Part shown: positions 26,637-35,470 of the stretch, in pieces | Layout of the letters: each line of letters begins with the position of its first letter | Position numbering within the stretch: the stretch's first letter is position 1 | Position numbers and translations under genes: made by a program | The notes under the pieces: model-generated | Seen by the model: only the letters and a program-made list of their open reading frames with translations | Database searches by the model: none | Told to the model about the DNA's origin: nothing | From: an uncultured virus (IMG/VR IMGVR_UViG_3300028678_000003) | Lineage: Duplodnaviria > Heunggongvirae > Uroviricota > Caudoviricetes | Virus record (IMG/VR): IMGVR_UViG_3300028678_000003 | Direction: 5' to 3' (one strand) | DNA length: 35,470 bases

Positions 26637-27213
26637 ATCCTCTTTTTAAATATATTTTATTGTATTCTTGTTTCAATAATAATTTGCATTCATTTTTGTT
26701 AGAACACATCACACAAAAGGAACTTTTATGGAAGTACAACGTTGTAGTTGCTATGCACCATAAAAATCCTCGGTCGGTGTTTAAATGTAAAGCTTTTTGT
26801 TTTTCTTCCCTTTGAATTAGGGTAACGACTATTTCATTAATCTTAGAATTACGTTTAATAACGTTGATGTTATGTCGGATTTTTAGTCCAGCCCGCGTCA
26901 TAAAAACATTCATTTCCATAGAGCACATATTCCAACGCTTTATCGCTGCTGCACCGAATATCCAACTAATTCGTACACGACGGGAGTAATCAATGTCAGA
27001 ACCTTCATTAAACCAACTCTGCATGCCGTATTCTAAGAACTTCCTTATAAAGTCTTCGCCTATCGCGTCACCGAAATAATCCATGAAAGCATCAAAACTT
27101 TTTACGTCAGTGTCGTTGCACTTCAATGGGTGTTTTTTCTTAGTAATTTGCTCAAGCAACTCAATTAAAGTGTCTACCGCGTATCTGAATAATCTTTGTC
27201 TTTTCTTGTTCAT
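26626..27213 (-). CDS. hypothetical replication-associated protein with C-terminal Cys cluster
   Basis: 195 aa, WC...CVMCSNKNEC; lies between two helicase genes with no gaps. Confidence 0.75.
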   Translation of the reverse strand: MNKKRQRLFRYAVDTLIELLEQITKKKHPLKCNDTDVKSFDAFMDYFGDAIGEDFIRKFLEYGMQSWFNEGSDIDYSRRVRISWIFGAAAIKRWNMCSMEMNVFMTRAGLKIRHNINVIKRNSKINEIVVTLIQREEKQKALHLNTDRGFLWCIATTTLYFHKSSFCVMCSNKNECKLLLKQEYNKIYLKRGYGE

Positions 27214-28713
27214 TTATTTTCGAAACCATTTAGATATCCAGCGTTCAAGAGTGGGAAAACAATCGTCAACTGAAGTGTCTAAAATTCCGACTTCATCTTC
27301 CCCGATTGCATTTATATAAGCGTTTAACCTTGCTTCGGAATGTTCGCTAAAATACAAAGAATACACATCAAAAAAATCAATAATCAAACTTCTATCCTTT
27401 GAAGCGGTTGTTCCTAAAACACGCCCCTTCTTCTGAATAGTGTTGGCATCTTCAAGACCACCATCGACATTTATCAATACTTCAACCTCGCTTACCGTAA
27501 CCCCCTTCTTGAATATCCCCGACGCCAATAAAAATCCTCCGCTTTCTTTCAAGAAGTTATTCTTTGCTTCTTCACGTTCTTCGCTTTTAGTGCCACCGTG
27601 TATGAACTTAATGCCGCTCGCTTTAGAAATATTTTTGCCATGGTCTATATTCTGAAATAAAATCAATGTTTTCAGGTTTAACCTTTTCAAAATGTCAATA
27701 ACGTGAAACAACGTGTTATTGCGTATCACATTCTCAAATATTATCTTTTTGCGGTATTCATTATAATCTGTATTATCTTCCATCTCCGACCCGTAATCCA
27801 CTTGATTGTGGTCCAATAAAAGCATAAACACCTTATAATCGCTCAATACCTTTCGGTCTCTTAAAGTGGATTCTTTAATGGTATACACAACTCCGCCAGA
27901 CCAAGCTTGAAGTTTTAAATTTTGAATAAATGAATTGGTTCTGTACGGAGTAGCTGAAAGACAAAGTAAATAATCAATCTTATGGCATTTCTTATAAATA
28001 GATAATCTTGTGTCTGAGCAGTTGTCATGTATCTCGTCCACGCAAAGAAATTTCAAATACTTTAAATACTCCAACATCTTTTTCTTTTTTGCCTTATCTC
28101 GGCATCTAGGCGATACGGCTTGTTGGATAGTTTGTATCATGGCCACTGTAACCAAATAGTTTGTGTCGACCTTTCCTGAACGTATCTCTCCAATTTCTAT
28201 GCCCCCATACGGTTCAAAAAATTCCTTTATATCTCCAACCGCTTGACTGAACAAAACATCGGTGTCAACCACAAATAAAAACTTGTCTGTTGGGTTATTT
28301 GCGTTGAATATACGTATTATTTCGGAAGCAATGAATGTTTTACCACCTCTTGTTGGAACTACAATTATACCGAAATGTTTTTCAAAGAATGCCTTAACAG
28401 CTTCGGATTGATGGTCATATTTCCCAAACATACGAGAATCAATAATTGTATCCGCTGGAAGTTCAAATTCATAATTGTATAAAACATACGTTATATCATT
28501 TTCGTTCAAATAAGCTTCCAATACGCTTAGCATACCAATCTTGAATGTATAAATACGCTTATCAAACATTTCGCTGTACTTCTTAGCGGCGTATGGGTCT
28601 GGGTTCTTAAACGATAGTGCTTTCCCCACATGCTTCAACCCAATCTTAGTAGATTTAGCAAAACTGAACTCAAAATTATTTATTCTCTCAATAGATACAA
28701 CAGGTTGTTTCAT
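27214..28713 (-). CDS. superfamily 2 helicase (UvsW-like)
   Basis: VPTRGGKT, VDEIH, LSATPYR and QKKGRVL motifs. Confidence 0.9.
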   Translation of the reverse strand: MKQPVVSIERINNFEFSFAKSTKIGLKHVGKALSFKNPDPYAAKKYSEMFDKRIYTFKIGMLSVLEAYLNENDITYVLYNYEFELPADTIIDSRMFGKYDHQSEAVKAFFEKHFGIIVVPTRGGKTFIASEIIRIFNANNPTDKFLFVVDTDVLFSQAVGDIKEFFEPYGGIEIGEIRSGKVDTNYLVTVAMIQTIQQAVSPRCRDKAKKKKMLEYLKYLKFLCVDEIHDNCSDTRLSIYKKCHKIDYLLCLSATPYRTNSFIQNLKLQAWSGGVVYTIKESTLRDRKVLSDYKVFMLLLDHNQVDYGSEMEDNTDYNEYRKKIIFENVIRNNTLFHVIDILKRLNLKTLILFQNIDHGKNISKASGIKFIHGGTKSEEREEAKNNFLKESGGFLLASGIFKKGVTVSEVEVLINVDGGLEDANTIQKKGRVLGTTASKDRSLIIDFFDVYSLYFSEHSEARLNAYINAIGEDEVGILDTSVDDCFPTLERWISKWFRK

Positions 28714-28950
28714 TTCTTAATATTTTACAGGAGAAAGGATAAAGAAGAAGACCACCCCCTCTCCCCTCTTTGGGTTACTTTACAGTATGAAAGTCGTGAG
28801 TTGTTAATAGACCACCCCTTGTTCAGACCGAAACAGAGCTCACACGTTAGTCTTAAACTTTGAACGGAAAATGCCGATTTAAAAGCATTCTAAGCAATCT
28901 TGAAAGCTCTTTCATATAAGTAATTGAACCCATATAGAAAGTTTATTAAC

Positions 28951-28981
28951 AAAAAGAGCGGGCATAAATAGCTCGCTCTTT
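28951..28981 (-). terminator. intrinsic terminator ending the structural module
   Basis: AAAGAGCGAGC-TATTTAT-GCCCGCTCTTTTT on the minus strand (one mismatch), 20 nt after the stop at 29002. Confidence 0.75.
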
Positions 28982-29001
28982 AGATGCATTAAGTAATCAA
29001 G

Positions 29002-29817
29002 TTATACGAGGTTGGTGCCGTCCCAAATGTAACTTGCATTATTATAAATATAAATTGTTCCTTCAGATGGAGTTACACCTGAATCAAAAACATAATCTCC
29101 ATCAGGTTGTATTATTGTGTGAATCTTACTGTCTGTCGTTGAAAAATATTTATCACCTAGAACCAACAAGCGAGGATCGGGCAAATCTCCATTTATTGAT
29201 AAAAGTCTAACCGAAGGATTTGAATAACCTAAAAATGGCTGTGTTTCCCAACCTTGAAAAATTCTTGAATAAAATCCGTTATTTGAAAAGTTTGGATCTC
29301 CTTTTACCGAAACTATTTCTCCTAATGAAATGGATAACCCGTCAATTCCAATAGGTGCGGCAGAATCGGCATTCATTACAGATTTTAAGTTATAGGTCTT
29401 TCGTACATTCAAAACTCTTGTGTAATTGTTAGTTTGATTAACAACCGTAACGCTTGTCGCGAATACCTTTGATTCCCAATATTTAGTATTCCACATTAAT
29501 ATTACAATCGCTCCAGAAGTATCTGTAGTTGTTACAGTTATCTTTGATCCGTTGGCGTCATAAAAATTAGCAAATTCAACTGAACTTCCTTTGTCGACTC
29601 CGGATATATAACTAACACGTGAATTATCGGGTTGTATTGGAACCGTACTAGCTGTAGCGAAACCAGTCAAAGCTGATTGTGTGGCTAACTCTAATCCCCT
29701 TACATAATCCAGCAAACTCAATGCATAAGCTTGTTCACTTGCCGGAGTTATTTCAGTTCCAACCGCTCTTCCTAAAAGAGCAGATATTATCAAATCTTTA
29801 GTATCGTTATATCCCAT
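29002..29817 (-). CDS. probable virion structural protein
   Basis: Ser/Thr/Gly-rich and beta-rich. ATG 29817 (MGYNDTK) avoids the overlap implied by the track start at 29880. Confidence 0.65.
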   Translation of the reverse strand: MGYNDTKDLIISALLGRAVGTEITPASEQAYALSLLDYVRGLELATQSALTGFATASTVPIQPDNSRVSYISGVDKGSSVEFANFYDANGSKITVTTTDTSGAIVILMWNTKYWESKVFATSVTVVNQTNNYTRVLNVRKTYNLKSVMNADSAAPIGIDGLSISLGEIVSVKGDPNFSNNGFYSRIFQGWETQPFLGYSNPSVRLLSINGDLPDPRLLVLGDKYFSTTDSKIHTIIQPDGDYVFDSGVTPSEGTIYIYNNASYIWDGTNLV

Positions 29818-29830
29818 GATTATTTTTTGT

Positions 29831-30730
29831 TTAAGAATAAGATTCTTGTTGGTAATCTTTATTAAAATTTTCAGTTTCAATCAAATCGTATTCTAAAACG
29901 AATTCAACTTCTTCGGAAGTGTTATTTATCGTTTTAGCCTTATATTCAGCAAACAAAGTTTCATCGGTTTTGTTGCTGCTTTTTTTAATTATACGTTGTA
30001 TCCAAAGACCAATAGCGCTTCCTGACAAAAATGGCTCATCTTCGTTAGTTAAAGCAACAGTATTATCGGCTTTGTTTTGATACGTACCGTCAAACTGCAG
30101 TACTAACTCACCGTCTGTTATAAAAGAGCACACCTCGGGCACTGATACTACCGCTTCGTCAGTTCTTTCTATCCTAAGAGTATCATCGGTTAGACGCTTA
30201 ACCGTATATTCGGTATCTTCAAGAGCCGAATCAATTGCGCTATATGTTCCGTATAATCCTTCAAAAGATACTTCGCACATTATATCAAATGGGTATAATA
30301 CAAATGTTTCTCCAACAGCTGCTGGTTTTTCTATCTTTATATTTACCCCCGCTCTAAAAAATGAAGCTGAACAAAACTCGGCTTGGATAGGCTCTTGATA
30401 TCTATTTGCTATTTTCTCCATGAATAAATCAGGTCCAACCGAAACGGCTGCCACTCTAAACTCGGCCAAGTTTGTATCGTCTCCAATAATTTTTAAAGTA
30501 ACATTTTTTACAGGAAATTCAAACTTATTTATCAAACAAATTCCAACGACTTCTTTTTGTCTTTTCTCTAAAGTCAAAGAAGATATCAAATCAAATATCC
30601 CATTAACCGCGGCATTTGGAACTGGCGAAGAAGAAACAAATCCGCCCAAGCTTCTCATAGGATCATTTTGAAGAAAATCACCTCCTGATTTTACGAGTGA
30701 AGAGGATGAACCTGTTAAGTATATCATCAT
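29831..30730 (-). CDS. probable virion structural protein
   Basis: 299 aa ORF within the tail/baseplate run. Confidence 0.6.
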   Translation of the reverse strand: MMIYLTGSSSSLVKSGGDFLQNDPMRSLGGFVSSSPVPNAAVNGIFDLISSLTLEKRQKEVVGICLINKFEFPVKNVTLKIIGDDTNLAEFRVAAVSVGPDLFMEKIANRYQEPIQAEFCSASFFRAGVNIKIEKPAAVGETFVLYPFDIMCEVSFEGLYGTYSAIDSALEDTEYTVKRLTDDTLRIERTDEAVVSVPEVCSFITDGELVLQFDGTYQNKADNTVALTNEDEPFLSGSAIGLWIQRIIKKSSNKTDETLFAEYKAKTINNTSEEVEFVLEYDLIETENFNKDYQQESYS

Positions 30731-30734
30731 AATA

Positions 30735-32087
30735 TTAAGAGTATTGACGAGTTGTTATTATCTTGTTTACAGATATATTAAAAGAAGAGTTGGATAATAA
30801 TTCATTATCACTCAATAAGTTTTTAAAGTTAGCAACGCAAAATTTTTGCAGTATTGTTCTTACATCGCCAATTAATCTATACCGTAATGATATTTCGCTT
30901 TGTCCGTAATTTACTGGTATTAGAATACGATTGTAAATGTTATCAATATTCATTTTGAAATACATTGGACATATTTGATCTGAAACTAAGACCTCAACTT
31001 CAATCTCATTGAAATTTGGTATAATAACGAAATCGTTTTCCAAATCAGATATAAACGAATTATCCATATCCGGAACCGACAGATCTTTATTAGAATTTGA
31101 AGTTATTGCCGCTCTTTCCATATTGGATCGGTTTAACAAAGTCCAACCTGAAAACAAATTATCGGGGATGTCTCCTGTTCCTAAAAAGTTACAACTGCCT
31201 GTTATTCTGAAAGTATTGTTTGTTGAAAGCGGAAAGAAAGAAAAGGAAGAAATCTTATACCCATGTTCAATTGATATAGATAATTGTTGATCATGATATA
31301 AAGAAGTTGAAAGCAAACTTACTATCGGGTTAATGGTTGAATTTGAAGAAACAACTTTGTCAAATACGGATAACCATCTCAAATCATTTATTTCCAAAAC
31401 TCCATTTTGGTATTCTGTTTTTGTTAGAAAGTATTGGTTTTCAGCTAATATAGGTTCAACTTCAGAAATTAATTCTATTATGTCGCATGAGTCATATTCG
31501 TATATCAAATCATCGTCATTCACTGGTTGTGCTCCTGGAGTAAAAGTGCCGACAACGCCGTAATTCAGATTATTTTCAGGAGCAAAAGATCCACTCAATA
31601 TCGCTGAAGTGTCTGATATTACCTTCAAAACTTCATAATCGCTTACATTTAAGTTGGACGATAAACGCACTTTGTTGGGGAAATTATTTCCACCGCGAAG
31701 CACTTCAGTGAATTTTGTTCCAACGCCTGTCAAAGAGCCATTTGTTGTAACGCCGACCGAACCGACCTCAAAGTTTGTTGTTTTATATTGTGCAACGAAC
31801 CAATGTTTGAACCCGTCTTCAGGTATGGTTACATCTAATGGATTTGATAACGTTATTACATTCAATTTGGAATCTATAGCTATACCAGGATTAAATGTTA
31901 TGGAGTTCAGGCTTCCAGTTTTTTTAGAAGCTTTTAGATAAGTGTTTTTAGCGTCTTTTACTACGCCGAAAGATTTTACTATTGCTCCTATAATTTTCAA
32001 GTACCCTTCTTCTTTCATAAAACTTTGAAGCTTGTTTAATTCACAAACTTCAAGGAACAAATCAGGGCTTATTTTTATTCTTGACAT
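30735..32087 (-). CDS. probable baseplate/tail protein
   Basis: 450 aa with a tail-fibre-like GSVGVTTNGSLTGVGTKFTE motif. Confidence 0.6.
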   Translation of the reverse strand: MSRIKISPDLFLEVCELNKLQSFMKEEGYLKIIGAIVKSFGVVKDAKNTYLKASKKTGSLNSITFNPGIAIDSKLNVITLSNPLDVTIPEDGFKHWFVAQYKTTNFEVGSVGVTTNGSLTGVGTKFTEVLRGGNNFPNKVRLSSNLNVSDYEVLKVISDTSAILSGSFAPENNLNYGVVGTFTPGAQPVNDDDLIYEYDSCDIIELISEVEPILAENQYFLTKTEYQNGVLEINDLRWLSVFDKVVSSNSTINPIVSLLSTSLYHDQQLSISIEHGYKISSFSFFPLSTNNTFRITGSCNFLGTGDIPDNLFSGWTLLNRSNMERAAITSNSNKDLSVPDMDNSFISDLENDFVIIPNFNEIEVEVLVSDQICPMYFKMNIDNIYNRILIPVNYGQSEISLRYRLIGDVRTILQKFCVANFKNLLSDNELLSNSSFNISVNKIITTRQYS

Positions 32088-32115
32088 ATCTTCAAATCTT
32101 TCTTATTAATACTTG

Positions 32116-33462
32116 TTAAATGTATATTGTTATGTTGTTCAAATTATATGGCAACAGATATTTGTTTGCTAAATACGTTATTTGCTCATTGGTTTTGCCT
32201 TTATTGTTATTCTTAGCATATATGTAGAACAAATTATAAGATTGCACGAACCCATCGCTTTTAGCATTGGTGTCGCCGCCTTTAAGCGGAAGTATATTAG
32301 TACCTAAAACTAGCGGTCTAACTTTGTAATTCCATATAGAGACAGCACCTCCGTCATTACTTCGCATTTGTATAATAGGGTAAATAAATTTAACAAATTT
32401 GTTATTGAAATATAAATTATTACCAATATTAAGATTGTTAACGTAATTATCTTTGTTTTCACTCGAGTAACAATGAATGATACCCCTTACATTATACCAA
32501 ACGTCATTTCTGAAATTAGTTAAAGGAGTTTCAAAAAACAAATCTGTTATAGCGTCACCGTTAGGAGTTATAAACGCATCCACTAATTTGTTTTTCAAAT
32601 TATCAAATCCCTCAACTCCAAAAATTAATTTACTATCAGCGGAAGCATTTATCAATTTGAAGCTGAATGTGATCTCATAATCTATGGAGCTACTTGCTTT
32701 CATTAAATGATCTGAAGCATCGTCTGAATCTAAAGATCTTCCTATGCCGCAGCTTCCTGGGTTTGATGATAATAATAATACTTTTCTATCATCAACTGTT
32801 ATTATGTTAGAATAACTAACTTCTGAAATAAAATAATTATTAAAATCTACAAAATCTTTTGTATTTTCTTTTGTTTTGTTTAAAGAATTAATTCCATTGA
32901 CTCCTCGGTACATTGGAGAACTATTACCCACGCACCACCCCATTTTAGTTTTTGGAATTTTTGAATTCAACAGTTCATCATTTGGTTTTGAATTCAACAA
33001 CCTTCTAAACTCTCCGTCAACTGGCATAACCTTTGAAACTCCATACGGTTCCCCGACGCCCTTAAAGATCAAAGAAGTTCCCCGTTTTCGTATTTCGTCG
33101 TATAAATGAGAAGACAAATATTGAAGATTTTCCAAATTAGCGTTAGACTCATCAATAAACAAATTATTTTGCCTAACATTTTCTTTCATCAATTCAAAAT
33201 CAGTATTGAAATTTTCGAACCTTTTAGAAAATCGTATAATCAATGCAAAAAATTTAGCGACTGAATAAAACAAGGCGAGATAATCAGAGTCTTCCTCTTC
33301 GTCTCGATTATCTCCCCTTGTAATGTAGTTAGGTATTATTCCTCTAAAATATAACTTCTTCAAAAGATTAGAACTTATAACTTCTGTCAATGGATCATTG
33401 AGTATATCTTTAAATATACTGTAATTTGTTACATTAAACTCATCAACTTTAGGTACAGCCAT
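32116..33462 (-). CDS. probable baseplate wedge-like protein
   Basis: 448 aa; LYDEIRKRGT recalls the KGT motif of P2 gpI-like wedge proteins; structural context. Confidence 0.5.
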   Translation of the reverse strand: MAVPKVDEFNVTNYSIFKDILNDPLTEVISSNLLKKLYFRGIIPNYITRGDNRDEEEDSDYLALFYSVAKFFALIIRFSKRFENFNTDFELMKENVRQNNLFIDESNANLENLQYLSSHLYDEIRKRGTSLIFKGVGEPYGVSKVMPVDGEFRRLLNSKPNDELLNSKIPKTKMGWCVGNSSPMYRGVNGINSLNKTKENTKDFVDFNNYFISEVSYSNIITVDDRKVLLLSSNPGSCGIGRSLDSDDASDHLMKASSSIDYEITFSFKLINASADSKLIFGVEGFDNLKNKLVDAFITPNGDAITDLFFETPLTNFRNDVWYNVRGIIHCYSSENKDNYVNNLNIGNNLYFNNKFVKFIYPIIQMRSNDGGAVSIWNYKVRPLVLGTNILPLKGGDTNAKSDGFVQSYNLFYIYAKNNNKGKTNEQITYLANKYLLPYNLNNITIYI

Positions 33463-33467
33463 GATTT

Positions 33468-33980
33468 TTATTTTTTTCTCTTCGGTTTATCTATTTTTGA
33501 TTCAGTCTTGTTGGGTTCTTTTTTGGCCCAATTTTTTGCGTTAAAAAAGAATGATAATACCGCTGATTCATCAACACCAAATTCAATTGGGATAATGTGT
33601 TGTTTGTCACCAACTGTAATGGCTTGAACTAACTGCGTTTTGTCAATTACTTCAAGAACAATGTCACGATTTTCATGCATTGATTCATCATACACTAATC
33701 GCAATTTTTCATGCGCTTCTTTTTCCTCTTTTGAAAGCAAAGATAAAGCAAGTTTCAAATCGTAGTTTTCTTTCCCTTCGGCTAATTTAAAAGCTTTTTC
33801 TTCTAATTCAACTAGTTCGGGGTCTGTACATTTATCTATCAGTGATACCTCTCGAGATAATATCTCGAAATTTGATAAAAGACCCAGATTAAGATGAACA
33901 TTCTTAATTTTGTTCGTCTTGCAATAATTGAGAAGGCTTTGTACATTTTGTTGTACGATTTTAATTTCTATTAGTTCCAT
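33468..33980 (-). CDS. hypothetical protein
   Basis: 170 aa helical ORF, closely packed. Confidence 0.7.
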   Translation of the reverse strand: MELIEIKIVQQNVQSLLNYCKTNKIKNVHLNLGLLSNFEILSREVSLIDKCTDPELVELEEKAFKLAEGKENYDLKLALSLLSKEEKEAHEKLRLVYDESMHENRDIVLEVIDKTQLVQAITVGDKQHIIPIEFGVDESAVLSFFFNAKNWAKKEPNKTESKIDKPKRKK

Positions 33981-33985
33981 TTTTC

Positions 33986-34327
33986 TTATTCAGCGATGAT
34001 TGTACAATCGCTATACTCCGGTAATGTTAATAAATATGTTTCGCAATTTGTTTTTAAATCCCCAGAAGCAAAGTAAGTTTCAAACGGATTAATCTGTTCA
34101 GGGGTTGGCATAGGTGGGATAGTATAATTCATTCCTTGACCTACTGAATAGTATTTGTCTGGGAGAATCGTTCCTAATCCCGCATCTTTAACTTCCTTAT
34201 TTAAGTAAGTTTTTACATTGAAATTTACCGTCTTATTCGTGAAGTCGATATTAGCGTTACTTACTTCAATGTAAGCTGCATCGGTGATGACTCCGTTCTT
34301 GAAGTCAATTGCTTTTTTGAGTGACAT
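33986..34327 (-). CDS. possible tail-fibre assembly/chaperone protein
   Basis: ATG 34327 (MSLKKAIDF) preferred. The C-terminal YLLTLPEYSD resembles small proteins that follow tail-fibre genes. Confidence 0.5.
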   Translation of the reverse strand: MSLKKAIDFKNGVITDAAYIEVSNANIDFTNKTVNFNVKTYLNKEVKDAGLGTILPDKYYSVGQGMNYTIPPMPTPEQINPFETYFASGDLKTNCETYLLTLPEYSDCTIIAE

Positions 34328-34346
34328 AATTTTTTTATTTATTAAA

Positions 34347-35405
34347 TTAGTATTGCATTGTATAAACAAATCTGTAAAAGTCACCCCCTGTTAGCGATGG
34401 TAAGGACGGTGAGTTGTATGTAGTATTGAATGAAATGTTTTCATTAATTAAGTTTCCTGCTTCCAAGTATGAAGGCTCACTATTTATGTCTGTTGCATAG
34501 GTATTTGTAAAGGCAATCGAATTATCGCTATTTTTATAAACTGTTAATTTAATATTAACTAAGTTATAAGAATAAGTTAATACACCTGTTAGTTTTGCAG
34601 CCTGATAAACTTGCCCAGCATTTAAAACGGCTGTTCCAGTTTTACTTATTTTTTTAGAATCAACAGACTGTAAACCACTAAATGCAAATGAGTAAGTATT
34701 TACACCTGCTGCTGCAATTACTACATATTTCGTTGCAACATTTTCATCACAATTTAAAGAATACATCATTTGAGTAACTGAACTATTCCAAGCATTTATA
34801 ATTGTACCTGTTATAAATGCTGTAATAACTACTGACCCCGAAGAAGTAACTAAATCACAGTCGCCAATTCCTACCACATTGCCACCTGCTACGATTGTAG
34901 TTGTTGCTGTTTTGAATTGCATTTGTGTACCTAAGTCTGTGGTTTTTTGAATACAGACACCTAAATATTTTACACCAAATAAATCAGTTAAAGATACATT
35001 ATCACTTGCCACATTTGAATCAATAATCTTAACCTGTAGTCCGCCTTGCCCTGTTGTTATTGATACTGGTATTTGTAAAGAATAAGGCTGTATTGCCTGA
35101 TGATTATATCCTCTAAAATCCCCCAGTCGGTAAGGGCTTGTAGCACCGCCAAAAGGCTTATTATAAATAAATGTTGAGAGTAATAAGCCATCTGAATTGC
35201 TATCTGTTGATGGTATTGTTAACCCATAATTCACAGATTGAATTTGAGCTAATGTAATACCTGTGATTGTAGGGTATGAAACAGGCTTATATTTAGCCCA
35301 TTTGTTTACATTTTCACTGATACACAATAGCCCTATATTGTGACTTCCTAACCCAATTGCCTGACCTACTACAGTAGTACTAATATTTGTTGTTCCTATA
35401 CTCAT
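34347..35405 (-). CDS. tail-fibre-associated protein
   Basis: N-terminal VNKWAKYKPV and PFGGATSPYRLGDFRGYNH motifs, which I recall from Bacteroidota phage tail regions; beta-rich C-terminus. Confidence 0.6.
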   Translation of the reverse strand: MSIGTTNISTTVVGQAIGLGSHNIGLLCISENVNKWAKYKPVSYPTITGITLAQIQSVNYGLTIPSTDSNSDGLLLSTFIYNKPFGGATSPYRLGDFRGYNHQAIQPYSLQIPVSITTGQGGLQVKIIDSNVASDNVSLTDLFGVKYLGVCIQKTTDLGTQMQFKTATTTIVAGGNVVGIGDCDLVTSSGSVVITAFITGTIINAWNSSVTQMMYSLNCDENVATKYVVIAAAGVNTYSFAFSGLQSVDSKKISKTGTAVLNAGQVYQAAKLTGVLTYSYNLVNIKLTVYKNSDNSIAFTNTYATDINSEPSYLEAGNLINENISFNTTYNSPSLPSLTGGDFYRFVYTMQY

Positions 35406-35406
35406 T

Positions 35407-35470
35407 TTATTTACTTTCTAATTTTTTTATTTTTTCTGTTAGTTCTTGAATTGATGCAATTAAATAAGGT
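35407..35470 (-). CDS. C-terminus of a tail fibre, probably an intramolecular chaperone (peptidase S74-like) end, partial
   Basis: Hand translation PYLIASIQELTEKIKKLESK*. Confidence 0.55.
   Translation of the reverse strand, partial: PYLIASIQELTEKIKKLESK

Noticed and set aside
89..33109. Numerous plus-strand ORFs in the track (for example 3594-4145, 11217-11891, 22648-23211)
   Set aside because: Nearly all are antisense shadows of well-supported minus-strand genes, are Ser/Phe-rich and carry no recognisable motifs.
1..35470. CRISPR array, tRNA, rRNA, integrase or transposase
   Set aside because: No regularly spaced repeats, cloverleaf-like sequence or recombinase motifs seen, and intergenic gaps are few and short.

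Overview
AT-rich segment of a large tailed-phage genome, most likely infecting a Bacteroidota host: it has TAnnTTTG-type promoters and no obvious Shine-Dalgarno sites. All credible genes are on the minus strand and read in the standard code. In transcription order (right to left): the end of a tail/baseplate module (29-35.5 kb) and a terminator; a replication block (UvsW-like SF2 helicase, DnaB-like helicase, primase); a sigma-70-like gene; a tightly coupled cluster of a thymidylate-synthase-fold enzyme with dUMP-hydroxymethylase signatures, a DnaE (C-family) polymerase, a YfbR-like HD nucleotidase and a DUF1599/Nmad1-like protein; a T4-like recombination set (UvsY-like, SSB, RecA, SbcD, SbcC, RuvC-like); a second sigma-like gene; a UvrD-like helicase; a candidate terminase small subunit; and small hypothetical genes. 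The best candidate for a new system is the putative modified-thymine (5-hmdU or derivative) pathway built around a DnaE polymerase. All family calls come from motif recognition by eye; no database searches were run.
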